A stretch of 64,000 nt of DNA from Lingula anatina (Eukaryota; Animalia; Brachiopoda). The DNA is taken from assembly GCA_051362555.1 (NCBI GenBank), contig CM120648.1:2972587-3036586 (forward strand), given 5' to 3'. The translations under genes were made by a program, and so were the position numbers. The notes beneath the pieces were generated by a model, which was given only the letters and a program-made list of their open reading frames with translations, did not search any database and was not told the origin of the DNA. This document shows, piece after piece, positions 13,820-27,303 of the stretch (position 1 is the stretch's first letter; the number at the start of each line of letters is the position of its first letter).

Positions 13820-15160
13820 AAAAAAAAAATCTTTAAAAATTTTACTTTTTTGTACCATTGAATACTGTTTATAAATAAGCGGACTTGATTGACCTCTTGA
13901 TTAGGCAGTTCTGTTTATTCACTATGGAACTTGACATGGCTCCTGTGGCTTGCACGATGCTGCGTGATGTTGGTTATTGCATGGAGTTTTAAGTCCGTTT
14001 GGTGCGTGCCTTGTTGAACGCGTGATCGATCCTTTCACTCGCTCGGTCAAGCAGTAAACTTTTGCGTAAAGTAAGTCAAGTTTCTGTTTTGTATAAAACA
14101 AATTTCTTAATCACACGTACGGCAATTGTATTCCAGTGACCTTTTCTTTTCCTTTTTTTAAGCTATAAAATTTTTAAAAAATATTTCTCACAAAAGCGTT
14201 CTTTTGTTTTTAATTCTTTTCGTTCTTTGGGCGTCATCGTGAGTCTAAAGACGCAATAACATGTTTTGCTTTGCGCCACATCGCGACTCAATCAGGGGCA
14301 ACCTTTGGCATCTGCCCAGCGTATAAAGATAAACGCGTTTATGTCATTTTCTTGACGAAAAACACGCTTATCCCTTTTTTTTCTGAACTTTTGAAGTTCT
14401 GATCCCATAAAACAAGGGAAATAGCATGTAACTGAAACTGACTGGGAGAACGAGTTCTAAATTAAATCAGCCTGTGGAAATCATGTTGGTGTCAAGGTTA
14501 TGCTAAAAAGAGAAAACAAGGCCGAAAGGACAGCGAATACAAACCAATGGAGTAGGCTGAGTATGGTTAAAACACCAATAGGGGGTTTTCCGACTTAAAC
14601 GATTGTTTTAGGTGCCAAAGAGCAACAAATTTACCAAATTCCTTTTTCGAGGTTAACGAATTTATGTTTATGTCCCTCTATATACATCGTACCAGAAAAT
14701 AATCAAGGAGGGGGGGGGGGGGGTAGTTCAGACCAAGCCCAGCACCTCCTTGCATCAAAATCCAGAGGAACGAATACGCCTCTTAAAAACATATGTAGCT
14801 TGGATTAACATAACCATATTTTGATATACCATGTAATCTGATAAAGTCACTTGTATTGGATGAAACCCGGCCCATTCCAAAGTTGGCCTGTCAGTCTATA
14901 GGTCTACTTAAAAAACCGACAATAAAAGGGGACTTCATTCCCCTTTAAGTTAATTTATTTAGCCTACATATCAGATGTTTTTGCATCAAAAGGATAACAA
15001 CTGGTCAAGGCATCGCCGCTTTTCAATAGTTTTGCAACGCGTGGAATATGGTCAAGTTAATAGGTGAAAGTTACTTTATCAAAGGCTTGATCGACCTTCC
15101 AGGTCTTGAAAGGCAAACAAAACGCAGCGAAAACGATGTCCAAAATCAATGTTGCGCGTG

Positions 15161-15207
15161 GCACGTGACCGTCACGTGATCACAGGCAGTTTCAGTCTGA
15201 CATAAAA
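15161..15207 (+). promoter_or_regulatory. Proximal promoter with two tandem E-boxes and a TATA-like box
   Basis: CACGTG at 15162-15167 and 15173-15178 (GTCACGTGAT context), CATAAAA at 15201-15207, ~95 nt upstream of ATG 15297. Confidence 0.6.
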
Positions 15208-15296
15208 GACCCAGAACCGCTGCTGCGAACGCTTATCGAAGAAAACTACCGTAGTCTAACTTTAGGCGGAAGACTTGGGAACAACTGTCCGTCAAA

Positions 15297-16682
15297 ATGA
15301 TGAAATATGGAGTGATCTTCGTGCTTTTGATAGGTGAGTCCATGTTTACCCTGTGGTCTACAAGTGGGTGTGACACAGAGAAAAGTAAGCGTAGGCAAAG
15401 CGTTCTTTATTTTATGCAGCCTACCTGTTGGAATTAAAATCTTCTGGGCACTTAATAACGTAACGGTTATGTGTTTGTTCCACATATTATTCTCATATTA
15501 CAGGATTTTTTATTCGACATTTCCCTAAATAAAAAATAACGCCAAAGTGCATGGCTTTAAGGAAACTTCATATAGCTATCTACGAATCCTAGGCAGGGTG
15601 CAGCTTATATAATTAAAAGTAAAGGAAAAATGCATGGTTTTAAGGAAAATTCATAACTATCTTTGAAAATTCAGGGTAAAGCTTAAATGAAATTAAAATT
15701 AACACCAAAACGCATGGTTTAGGGAAAGTTCATGGCTATCCTTGAAAAATCAATGTGCAGTTAAAATATAATAAAAAGTAACACCCAAAATACATGGTTT
15801 TATTGGAAGTTCATAACCAAATTCAGGGTCAAGCTTATATTTAAAATATTAAATTTATTTTATCTCCATGTTGGCAATGTGACAGTATAAAGAGACGACG
15901 GGCGTCTTGCCTTGAGCTAAACATTCTGAATTTAGCTGCCTCGGCTGTTGGGTCTTTCCTTTGTGTGTATAAATAGCAGTTTCTCATGTCAACGCTCTGT
16001 GTTCCTGCAGGGTTGGTATTCCAAACCAGATGTCAGTGTTTGTTATTGCCGGAACTGTTGTAACAGTTGGGAGCCACGTGTTTTGCAGAATCACACGTAC
16101 GGGAGCCACAACCTGGTCTTTGTCTCACGCGTATTCTGGCTTATGTTCTCAACCAAGATATATATCAAGATTAAGCAGCGATGTAGATATAGTAATAATA
16201 AGTAATTTATTCCAGCTTGTTATGTTACACGTTTATCATTGTTGGCTGTTTATGCTACTTTTGCTTCTTCTGTTTGTTTACATAGTATAGGAAAGAAAAA
16301 AGTACATGTATATGTACCAATTGCAATAGATGATTTGATAAGATACGTACACAATTGATAGTAATAAACTTTATTAGTTTTAGCAATGCTAAGATAGGCA
16401 ATAATAATCTTTATTAGTTTTAGTAGAATAATGCCATAGGTAATATTAAGTTAAAATTGTATGTATATACATATAAATAACACTATACAGGTACAACCAG
16501 TAGTCTATATTCAAGGCTGATAATTGTAATATAACTGTACAGGTGTGTCTGTGTTGTTTCTGTATATTTAATTTTATGAATATATGAAATTGCTGCAAGT
16601 CTGTTTACATATGACTAGGGACCAAGTGAATGTCAGTGTCACTGTGCTTCCCACGAAGTGATCGTGTATATTGGTACAAGCT

Positions 16683-16717
<35 letters not shown>

Positions 16718-17646
16718 TGGCAGTCGTGGTATCTGGAGAGAGACAGGGCTAATTACACACAGGTTAAGTCAGTTAGTGATGTTTAAATTACGTCTTCCAC
16801 ATTTTTTCTTTTCTTTTCTTTGTTTTTTGTTTATTTATTTAATTAGAGAGCGCGATTATTTTTACAAGAAAGCTTGAACGAGTTCTCTCTCCCTCTCTTT
16901 CTCAAATCTTTGATGCGATGTTACAAACACTAATTATCGTTTATGAGACAAGATTGTCAGATACTGCAAGCCGATCTGTCTCATCCATAGCATGACCTAA
17001 AATAGATCAAGTCTCCGAAGTATGATTAGTTTTTGTTGTTATATTTCAGCACTGGCTTTGGGCGCCCGTGATAGAGCGCGCATGGTAAGCCGCGCTTGTC
17101 AAAAAATCCGAAAAACTGGCGAATGCCCTCGACCTATGATTGGGAAGTTCTTGTGCAAAGACTTAGGAAACGGGGAAATAGAACACAAGAATTTGTAAGT
17201 TAATAACTTGAAACGCACGTTTGTTAAAGTCTCCTCCTCTTCCCTACCTCTCCTCTCCAAAACACAGGCCCCTTAAATCTCATTTCATATATAGAATGAA
17301 ATAAAATGAAAGCATTTGAATTTAATTCAGTAACGAATATACCGGTATAGCCTCGATATCGATAACAACAAACGCTTATCCATGAACTCTGTTTGTTTGT
17401 TTGTTTGTTTGTTCCAATATTCTTTTTTTCCTCGATAATTCCAGGTGCCAGTTCATGAAGGACAACTGCCATGACCCCAGAGAAGACGGCTATCACCTGT
17501 GTGACGCAGACAAAGAACCAATCACCCACCGCAGCTCGGGTCACGTGGACGGGCAAGGGAGGTTCCATGCGCACGGTCGAGGCGGTTACCATGACAGCGA
17601 GGGTCACTACCACAATCACGGACGTGATCAACCGCACCACCATTAA
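15297..17646 (+). CDS. Predicted 114-aa secreted Trp-rich/His-rich protein from 6 exons (15297-15333, 15936-15946, 16011-16031, 16724-16762, 17050-17084, 17445-17646)
   Basis: GT-AG junctions with phases 1,0,0,0,2 give MMKYGVIFVLLIAASA-GWYSKPDSWYLERDRANYTQHWLWAPVIERAWCQFMKDNCHDPREDGYHLCDADKEPITHRSSGHVDGQGRFHAHGRGGYHDSEGHYHNHGRDQPHHH*. The signal peptide ends in an A-S-A cleavage motif. The 11-nt exon (weak GTTGGG donor, 64-nt following intron) is the least certain part. Confidence 0.65.
15535..15848 (+). repeat. Degenerate ~80-bp minisatellite, ~4 copies, intronic
   Basis: Recurring aa..ccaaaa.gcatggttt.agg.aa.ttcat..ctatc..gaaaattcaggg..agctta near 15537, 15620, 15700 and 15780. Confidence 0.8.
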
Positions 17647-19385
17647 CCGGGAACGTCGAGAATTTCGTGATTTTGAATTGGAATTGAGAGTAGCTGTTAG
17701 GCCACGTGACTTGTTAGTTTTCTGATGTAGTCATCTTACAAACTGGGGGACATACATGTATATGTTCTATGTCAACTGCCAAATGGCAGGATCGAATTCT
17801 TTGGTGAGCCTTAAATACTCAACCTAAAACTGTGAAACATAGACGCACATTTGTCAGTAACAATTTAAAACTATTTCTATTCAACAACTGTACCACCTAA
17901 GTTTTAAAATTAAAGCTTTAGTTTTTTCCAGAAATGTCATTGCCTTTGTTTGTTTTATTTTAATGCATTTTCTTAATTTAATCTTTTAAAGAAAACACAC
18001 TTTAAAAGAAACGTAATCCAGTGATAAAGTGTCATTAACTTGGTCAAACCTACAGGTAGGGGCGTCTTTATGAACTTAAACTTTAAACCTCCTATTACGG
18101 CTGCAGATAGGACATTAAAACACCTTAAGCGAACGATAGAATAACAGAATAATATTTAAATATGGCCTAATCTAAATTTCCCATCATTTTCGCTGTTTTA
18201 TACTTTACTCTTCAGTATGGAAAGAGAAGAGAAAAAGTAATAGAAAAGCAAGTCCTTGGTTTGCACCACGATATTATCCTAAGTGTGTCCGTCACTTTCG
18301 TGACTGGAATTTCAAACGTTTTGTGAAATGAGACAGACAATACCCATTTTCAATGTGCCTTTATTTGAGTTTGAATTATTCTTGGAGCACCGTTCAAGTA
18401 CTATGAAGCGAAGTTTGTTGTGAGTTTCCGTGTGTACAATGTGCCCCTTTAACTGAATGTATACAGTGGCGGGTGTTTCGCTTGCCTTCTAGGCATGGGC
18501 GTCCGCAGGGGAAGACAATGAGGTTAGTTGACCCCCTGGAATTTTGGCAGGTACGTTAATTGTGGGTACCCAGCCAATCATTAACTCCGCCTTCAATGAT
18601 TTTGACCCCCTTGGTTAAAAAAAGGAAATTCAAAATTACGCAGAGGGGCGACCGATGCCTGGCAGTTAGTTTCATAAAGTATAAAAAATAAATGAATGTT
18701 GCCCATGGTTTTATAGCGCTTTGAATAGACAGAAAGAAGTGGCTTTTAAGCATAAAGATAAAAACTTGTCCACCGGGATCAACATTCATCGTAATTAGGG
18801 GATTTTTTTTTTCAATAATTGATCCGTTTTAAGTTTTTATAGGATGACGCTTGGGCAGGGACGGCTCAAGTCATGCAAAAATAAAAGAATGGAATACAAA
18901 ATCAAAAAGCCAAAACAACAACAACATCATCATTACATTTATTTTTATAACAGCAAAAGCAGTTATGAAAAGAATTACATTTCTTAAAATCTGACAATAC
19001 AACGTAATTTACCTTACGAGATCATGAAATACATGAAATACAAATATCACAGGAATGACGAGCGCATTCATGGAGCATCCATTCCAATTTCAGTGTATTC
19101 AACATTTCTTCACGACTCAATCACCCTTCATTCCCCACAGTGTTAGAAATTGAACATAGATGGCGCTATTATCCAATGGAGAGGGATTCAAAAACAGACA
19201 AAGTTAACTCTCCCTAACCCCTTTCTTCTCCCTCTCTCTCTCTCTCTCTCTCAACGAAAACTATACAGCACGCAAACAGCACGCAAGAACGCACAAATTA
19301 AAATATATATGAAATAAATAATTTCTGTTTATATTGAATCAAAAACAATGGAATTAGCAATAATATTCTTGCTGCTTCAAACGAC

Positions 19386-22300
19386 CTAAAACTCCAATAT
19401 GCCACCCGGAAGTGATACCTTCTGAGGCTCTGGTTGGTCAGAAGTGTCGGTGACATAAGGGGGCGGGGCAATCGCCTGCTCGTCCTCTCGAAGATTGACG
19501 CGAGACTGATATGAGGGTGGGGCCTAAAAACCAAAAGGTAATAATATAAAATTGAAATAATTGATAAATCCTTCTTAAACGAAGAAGAAGGGTGTTGCAT
19601 TAGGAAATATATGACAATGCATTCTTTATTATTTCGTTATTGATAGCACTTTTTTGTTATTTTATTTTATTTTATTTTATTAAATTTTATTTTTAATTTT
19701 ATTTATTTATTTATTTATTTTTGCAACAAGGTTTCTTTTCCAGGCCCCATGCAGATAGACACAACTGTGCAGGGTTTCTCGCTGAGTGTCAGCGGGCCAT
19801 GCAGAGTCTTAAATTTTTGGATAGATGCATCTTCGTACTGTCGAGACGTAGCGTTGGGTAGTCGACCGACGCTCACTGTTCATGCGGTGGATTTGAAGAA
19901 GAATTGTCAATGTTTCTGAAATGCTTACCACAACTGTGAATATATCCAGATGAGACGAGTCTGTCACCATTGGGGTCACCACATTTCTTCCATTAATGGC
20001 CTGTCTGGGCGCTTGCGTTTGATTAGCAGACGATCTGTTCCCCCCTGGTATGCTAAGGGAGGCCCCGTTATTTGGAGTGTAACGAACTGTGCCTCCTGTC
20101 ATTTCCCGCCGCAGTTTTTTCTTTTGCTGGCGATGTACGACCTGATTAATAATATAGATATTCGTAACTAGATACTTGGAGAAAGATTTTAAAATATTAT
20201 CTTAATTACCACTTACCATATTTTTTTTCAAAACGGGCGAATTGCTTTCATATTAATGTAATACGATGTTAATCAAGTGGAACACACACACACACACACA
20301 CACAAAAAAAAAACCCAACCTGTAGTGCGGTGATGATTATCGCCATGAGAGCCAGAACGCCACAGATGATGAGAATAACAGCCCAGTAGGAAAGGGTTAC
20401 ATTGCCAAAGCCGTTTTTGTTTGTTCCACTTGGTGAGAGCGTTCTATCGTTATAGTCAATAGGACGGAAGTAAGCACGAGTTGACTGTGAAGAAGAGGGG
20501 GCTACAGTGGTCCTGCTTGCTTCTCGTGGGGATGTAGTTGTAGCTGAAATAAAATTAATTGGGCAATTTCAAAGCATTGGAAACAGCAGATGGAAATTTG
20601 AAAGGCCTCGGTGTGTTATTTTCGTGGGATCTCTGCACCATCCCCATCACCCCCACCCTAAATATGTGTTTGTAAATAAACGTTTACGTCAGATGACCAC
20701 GGATGACGTAACGCGTGGTGTGATTTTGACGACACATGAATGGTCGGCGAGAATGCATTCCTTTCTTACATACATGTATTTCTTTCTAGCACTCTCAACC
20801 AGAGTCACAGAGACAAGTTTTTCTTTAGTACTAAGACTACAAACATTTAAGGCTATTCACTTGCGGTACATGTTTCTGTACCGTAGGGAATTTTGTACAA
20901 AATGACGTCATCAAGCGCTTAGCTGCCTCAGGTAGAGCGTTTATTTCTTCATCTAAACCAAATCCAGTTTGGGAAAAACAAATATTTTAGCCTCTTACCT
21001 CGTGTAAAATAAGGCACATTTAAAGTGTAAACGTCAGACAAACTGCCATAATTGATTGATTAGGCCGGCCGTACGCTTTTTTTAACCAAACGATCAAATT
21101 TGTACGGCCTAATTCGATCATCTGAAAAATTGTGACAAATACATCATTATGCCTTTGGTCACCATGACCCTCCATTAAAAATAAGAAAAGATTCAAGACG
21201 AGGACAGTTCCGCAAATGTCTCTTTAACGTATAATCGAGTCTTCCTACCTGGGTCACACCTGGAGAGCGTCTCGTCAGAATTGTCTCCACACTGGTCATA
21301 GCCGTCACAGAGCCGACTGGTGAAGACACACTCCTTGTTACCGCACTGCCACAGGTAAGAACGGCTACAGCCTGAAATAATTGAAAAAAAAAATAAATAG
21401 GTAAATAAATGAATAAACAGGTAGATAAATGAATAAACAAATTACCCCTGAACACGGTTCTGACTTGTTCCGACGGGAATTGTACTTACTTATAAACGGC
21501 GGTGTCTGTGTGTCTCCAGGTTCTGCAACAGAAAGAAAAATAGATTGACATTTAGAAAGCTGTATTATGGTTATATCTATCTATCTATCTATCTATCTGC
21601 CCGTCAGTCCTTCTGTTCGTCTGTCCTCATTCACCCACTGCACTTCTCCCTCCCTCCCTCCCTCCCTCCATCCATGCTGAGTATATTATCAAGTGCCGGA
21701 GACGTCATTTATAGTACTTTTTGGACCTCTTCTTCAAATATTCCTCAGCCACCCGTTAATCACATATATGACAAGGTATTATACCCCTACGAAAATTTGT
21801 CTCATTTAACGTTCACTTACGGTTCTCAATCTATTCTAGAGCATTTGGTGTATTTTTGGAGTTCTGATGTTGTTCTGTAATGAATGTTATAGTTCGAGAA
21901 CTGTTTTTTGGAAGTCTTTCAGAATGTCCTACAACAGATTAAGAACAGTTTTCATTAAAAGAGGAAAACATCATGTTCTAGGAGAGATTGAGAACCGTAA
22001 GTGAGCGTTAAATGAGGCAAATTCCCGCAATAACCTCTCCCACGGTCCCGGCTTTGCCTTACCACAACCACTGAGGTAATATGAAAGGCACTACTCACGC
22101 CCGGGGGTGGTTGTGTACGACATATTAAACCCATTCCCGGAGATGGAATGGTCACTTTTGAATTTTATGCCCAGCCATCGACTCGAGCTTGTCTTGACGG
22201 CGGCAGGGGTCGCTGGATCACTGTTTACATGCATACAGTGAAAGTATAGCTCTTGTGTGTTGCTGCACGGGCCATCACAAACCTGTCAACCAAATCAATA

Positions 22301-22748
22301 AACTCATCAATTGATCGACCAATACAGGTATTTCTGGGTTAACGATGTAAATCAGTCCCTTCATTGGTTTTTCAAATTATTATTTTGCAATATTCAACTT
22401 TTTTGCAAAATAAATTAAAAAGCAAACAATTCATAAAACTACTGCTGTACTTACTTGGACATAGTCCCTGCACAGTATATACCTTTGGTATAATGCGGCT
22501 TGCAATATGACATAATTGATGGTCAGTCTAACCCTTTGACCCACTGGAGCCTCCAGCAACCACACACAGTACTCCTCGTCGTCATAGCTCGCGCTCTCCC
22601 CGTGACCTGGTGACGTAATGGTCCCCTCTGGGGTCAGGCTGAGATTAAGGAAGCCCCCGCATGTACCCCAGGTGGAGGTGGTGGCAGCGAGTGGGACAGA
22701 AACGAGAACCAGTAAGGCGCCTGTGGTTAGATATTTGACGGAGAACAT
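19386..22748 (-). CDS. CUB + LDL-receptor class A single-pass receptor, copy 1; exons 22748-22455, 22282-22099, 21522-21490, 21371-21249, 20543-20320, 20141-19929, 19523-19386
   Basis: Signal peptide; CUB (CGGFL..GTITSPG..Y....[35 protein letters not shown]); LDLa ([38 protein letters not shown]); S/T stalk; TM; tail with PPSY and PPPY. All phases are consistent. Probable non-coding first exon near 25973-26110; minus-strand AATAAA near 18938. Confidence 0.9.
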
Positions 22749-23096
22749 GGCTGAATGTATGGGAACCACTGAAAATAAAATGAAAAAGATGAAATAATGT
22801 GAATTGATATGTGGATTATTTCACAAGAAATGGCACTCTGAGTACTCTAGCAATGTGTACCGGTATAATGACTGACATGGCTTTCTGCTTCATGGCTTTC
22901 CTGCAAGGCGCTTATATCTTCCAAATTTACCATTTATCATGTCTCCTGCTGTGGCAAAAAGGCAGTTCATCTACTTGTAAAATTACCCATTAAAAGACAA
23001 AAGGAGTTAGGAATCAAAGTCATGGTCTCCGAAAGCCTCCGATTGCGCATGTCTGATGAATCTTAAGCTAATGCAAGTACAGATAACAGCGGAGAA

Positions 23097-24493
23097 TGTA
23101 TTTTTGTCAAAGTTACCTTAAAAACGCACTGTAAAAACTGATTTTATTGAGTAACTTAATCCACCCAGGAATACCATTGACGTAAAGCTCAGCTCTGGTG
23201 ACAGCATGAAAGTATATATAGATATACATCCATGGTGACAGTAGGATAAAACGGTACAGCCATGAATATATGTGTTTTGTTCTGTAGTATGCCTTGTCAC
23301 TGAGGTTGAATGATAAGGTAAACCGTCTGTCTGTTATCTAAACCTGCCATGATACAAAACAAATCATGACCACATACAAAATATATCAATATGAAGAAAA
23401 CAGACGGAAACTGAAAATATATTTTATGGCTTGGGTTTCTCTCAGACGACAACCTCATTTGTCAAAGCTTTTGATTTACTGTTCTGGGGTGGGTGTTGTC
23501 AAAAATTGAGAAGTAAATGGACGATAACGACGTCGACGGCGTACCGGTTTATTGCATATTCATCTGTTATGACAACAGGGCCTATGTGTTCCATAGATAT
23601 GTGCATAATTGGCTATATCATCAGAAATAATCATCGTTATAGTTGCCCAGTTCTATCTCTAAGACATGAAGAAGTCTCCAAAAATAAATACCTCCTAGTA
23701 CTTTTAATATTAATCTATTTCATTTCAGCATTGGAACTAATTTCATTACCTAAGGATAATTACCACGCATCCACTATAAAGATAATTTTAAGATACTATA
23801 GGGTCTATTTAAAACGCCACCAAACTGGTGAAATTAATTAGGTTGAAAGTCACTTCTCGATCGTGGTCTCATTCGCTAACAGACACGCAGGGGGTGGTAG
23901 GTTAATGGTTTATTATGATTAATAAGTGAAATAAACTACTGTGGAGGAGTTTGCAAAGGTTCTCTTATGTGCACCTTAAATTACATCATCATCATCATCA
24001 ATAATAATAATGAATTGATCCAAAAATGGAAGGGTGGGTTCAGACTTGCACACTAAATTTTTAAAATACTCAATGTATCTATTGATACAGTATCAAAAAG
24101 TAGGTTTCTATGTCATTACTATAAGTCAGGCACGGTAGCATGCAGTACTTGACTTCGAGACATCTGTATATTTTCCCAGTTAATAAGACTTGCCCATGGA
24201 GAGACGGCATTGTTGGCTTCGTCACCATTCGACCATGCTGTGATATGCTGTATATGTTTGACCAGGCAGTCTGACGATTTAATGCAGACTTTACCAGTAA
24301 CGACACTACAGACACCTGCTATAACGTCGATCAAAAGGCGAGTATTATACATTTGTACCTAACAACTAGTGCTTGGTATCAAGTATTTTTGTCAAAGTTA
24401 CCTTAATAACGCACCGTAAAACTGATTTTATTGAGAAATTTTATCCACCCAGGAACCCCATTGACGTAAAGCTCAACTCTGGTGACAGCATGG

Positions 24494-24567
<74 letters not shown>

Positions 24568-25965
24568 CCATGGTGACAGTCGGATAAAACGGTACAGCCA
24601 TGAATATGTTTTGTTCTGTAGTATGTCTTGTCACTGAGGTTGAATAATAAGGTGAACCGTCTGCCTGTAATCTAAACCTGCCTTGGTACAATACAAATCA
24701 TGATCACAGATAAAATATATCAATATGAAGAAAAAAGATGGAAACTGAAAATATATTTTATGGTTTGGGTTTCTCTTAGATGACAATCTCATTTGTCAAA
24801 GCTTTTGATTTACTGCTCTGGGGTGGGTGTTGTCAAAAAATGAGAAGTAAATGGACGATAACGACGTCGACGGCGTACCGGTTTATTGCATATTCATCTG
24901 TTATGACAACAGGACCTACGTGTTCCATAGATATGTGTTTAATTGGCTATATCATCACAAATAATCATCGATATATTTGACCATTTCACTCTCTCAGACA
25001 TGAGGAAGTCTCCGGAAATACTTCCTTGTACCTTTAATATTAATCTATTTCATTTCAGCATTGCAATTAATTTCTTAACTTAAGGACAATTACCACGCGA
25101 CTACTATAAAATAATTTTAAGATTCTTTTGGGCCCATTTAAAACGCTACCAAACTGGTTTAATTATTGTAATGTTTAAAGTCACTTCTTGACGGTGGTCT
25201 TCTTCGTTAACAGACACGGGGGTGGTAGGTTAATGGTTTATTATGATTAATAAGTAAATTAAACTGTTGTGGAGGTGTTTGCAATGGTTCTTAAATTACA
25301 ACATCATCATCATCGTCAATTATAATAATGAATTGATCCAAAAATGGAAAGGTGGGTTCCGAGCTGTCCCAAAATCTTTAAAATACTCAACGTATCTATT
25401 GATACAGTATCAAAAAGTAGATCACTATAAGTCAGGCACGGTAGTCTTCCATGCAGCACTTGTTCTTGACTTCGAGATATCTGTATATTTTCTCTGTCAA
25501 TAAGATTCCAAAGACTTGCCCATGGAGAGACGGCATTGCTGGCTTCGTAACCGCTCGACTGAGCTTAGCAAAATATCAGGCCTGCTGCAAACTATCTCAC
25601 AAATTCACTGCAAATTTGCAAGAAATTCTGCAAAAGCTTGAATACCTTGCCGCTTGAAAAATTTGCCGCTAATTTGCCTTAACATAAAGACTTTTCTTGA
25701 AAACCTGCTGCAAACTTAAGTTGTTAAGGCAAATTTGTTGCAAATAAACAGCAATAAAATTGTTTCTTGCAAACTCCAGCAAACTAATTTACTGCAATTT
25801 TGGATCAATATAGCTGCAAACGTTTCATTTTGCTAAGGGTGTTGATATGCTGTATATGTTTGATCAGGAAATTTGACGATTTAATGCACACTACAGACAT
25901 AACGTAGATGAAAATGCGCGTATTATACATTTGTACCTGAAAACCGGTGCCTGGTATCAAGTACT
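23097..25965. repeat. ~1.3-kb internal tandem duplication in intron 1 of CUB-LDLa copy 1
   Basis: 23097-24380 realigns to 24381-25965 (gtatttttgtcaaagttacctt...aactagtgcttggtatcaagta); only one unit is present in copy 2 (~33745-35052). Confidence 0.9.
25563..25839. mobile_element. MITE with short TIRs and internal GCAAA-rich repeats
   Basis: cttagcaaaat...attttgctaaggg; absent from the homologous positions near 24232 and 34922. Confidence 0.7.
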
Positions 25966-27303
25966 CCTCTTACCTTTATACGTAGACATATATACGTAGA
26001 CTTTATACATGAATTTGGGAATTCATGTTCCCCTTGCTGTGTTTCCGTCCCAGTTTCTGTGTCCGCCTGCCAAATTCTCTTCAGTAAAAAAGACCAGCAG
26101 GCACTTTGCATTAAGTGTTTATGAACAGTGTATGAACAGGTAGACCTAAACGCCGAGTATTTATGTCACTCCAACTATATGTTCATCGATCGCGCTGCTG
26201 ACTGAATTTCCAATGTGTTTCCACTCCCTAAGCAGCATACCACCAAACAATAAACACCACTAAAGATACATGCGTGCGCTGCAATGTATAAAAGTGTTGC
26301 AAAGCCTATATATATATCTTGAATTTAAAATATTGTTTAAGTAAATATTTCACAGGAAAATCGACGCCATCTTGAAAATGATGGCCATCTTGAAGACGTT
26401 GTATGATCAGATGCATCATGTAACATATAGCACTCTTATATGTGTGAGCTAGACAATAATTATTTGATAATTTAGCTGAACCAAATTCCACGTCATAACT
26501 AGAAAAGCACTCCAAGAGCGCAGACCTCCGCCAAGGCAGCAGTTTTTATTATTATTGATTTAAGGGAAGTATACCTATTTATTTATTTATTTATTGTCAA
26601 CAATTGGCCCTTTTAAGTTTTTTATAGGATGAAGCTCGGGGCAGAGACGGCTCCAGTCATGCGACATGGAAGAATGCAATACAAAATCAATTTCGCCAAA
26701 ACAACAACAACAATACTAAATTAATAAATGATTTTTATGACAGCAAAGCCGACTATGAATTAGAATTACATTTCTTAAATTCTGATAATACAAAATTATT
26801 CACCTGTCGAGATCATGACTCACAAGGGTCCAAATATCACAGGCATGACGAGCGAAATCATTGACCATCCATTCCAATTTCAGTGTATTCAACATTTCCT
26901 CACGTCTCAGTCATCCTTCATTCCTCACACTGTTAGAAATTGCACCTAGGTGGCGCTATTATCCAATGGAAAGGAATCCAAAAACAGACAATGCTAACTC
27001 TCTTTAACCCCCATCTTCTCTCTCTCTCTCTCAATGAAAACTATACAACTTACCACACACCACACAGCAGGCACAAATTAAAATATATAAAAAATAAATA
27101 ATTTCTGTTTATATTGAAGGAAAAACAAATTCTTACTACTTTAAAAATTACCTAACACTCCAATACATAAACATATTCATTTATAAATTGGTACAAGTGG
27201 ACGGTGGTAAAAAATTCGATTTCATTAAAAAAATAAAGTTAATCTAGTTTATCGTGATAACGGCACCCTTATACTTCTCATCCCAAAACCGACGATCTTT
27301 ATT

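Noticed and set aside
17224-17725. 139-aa minus-strand and 84-aa alternative-frame ORFs over the His-rich exon
   Set aside because: Best explained as shadows of a GC-rich coding exon; only the His-rich frame links to a signal peptide through compatible splice phases.
19809-19928. ORF read-through to IYPKI* as the receptor C-terminus (also 28070-28189)
   Set aside because: Strong donors (gtaagc, gtgagt) lead in frame to the PPxY exon. An intron-retained isoform is possible because the frame stays open in both copies, but it is unsupported.
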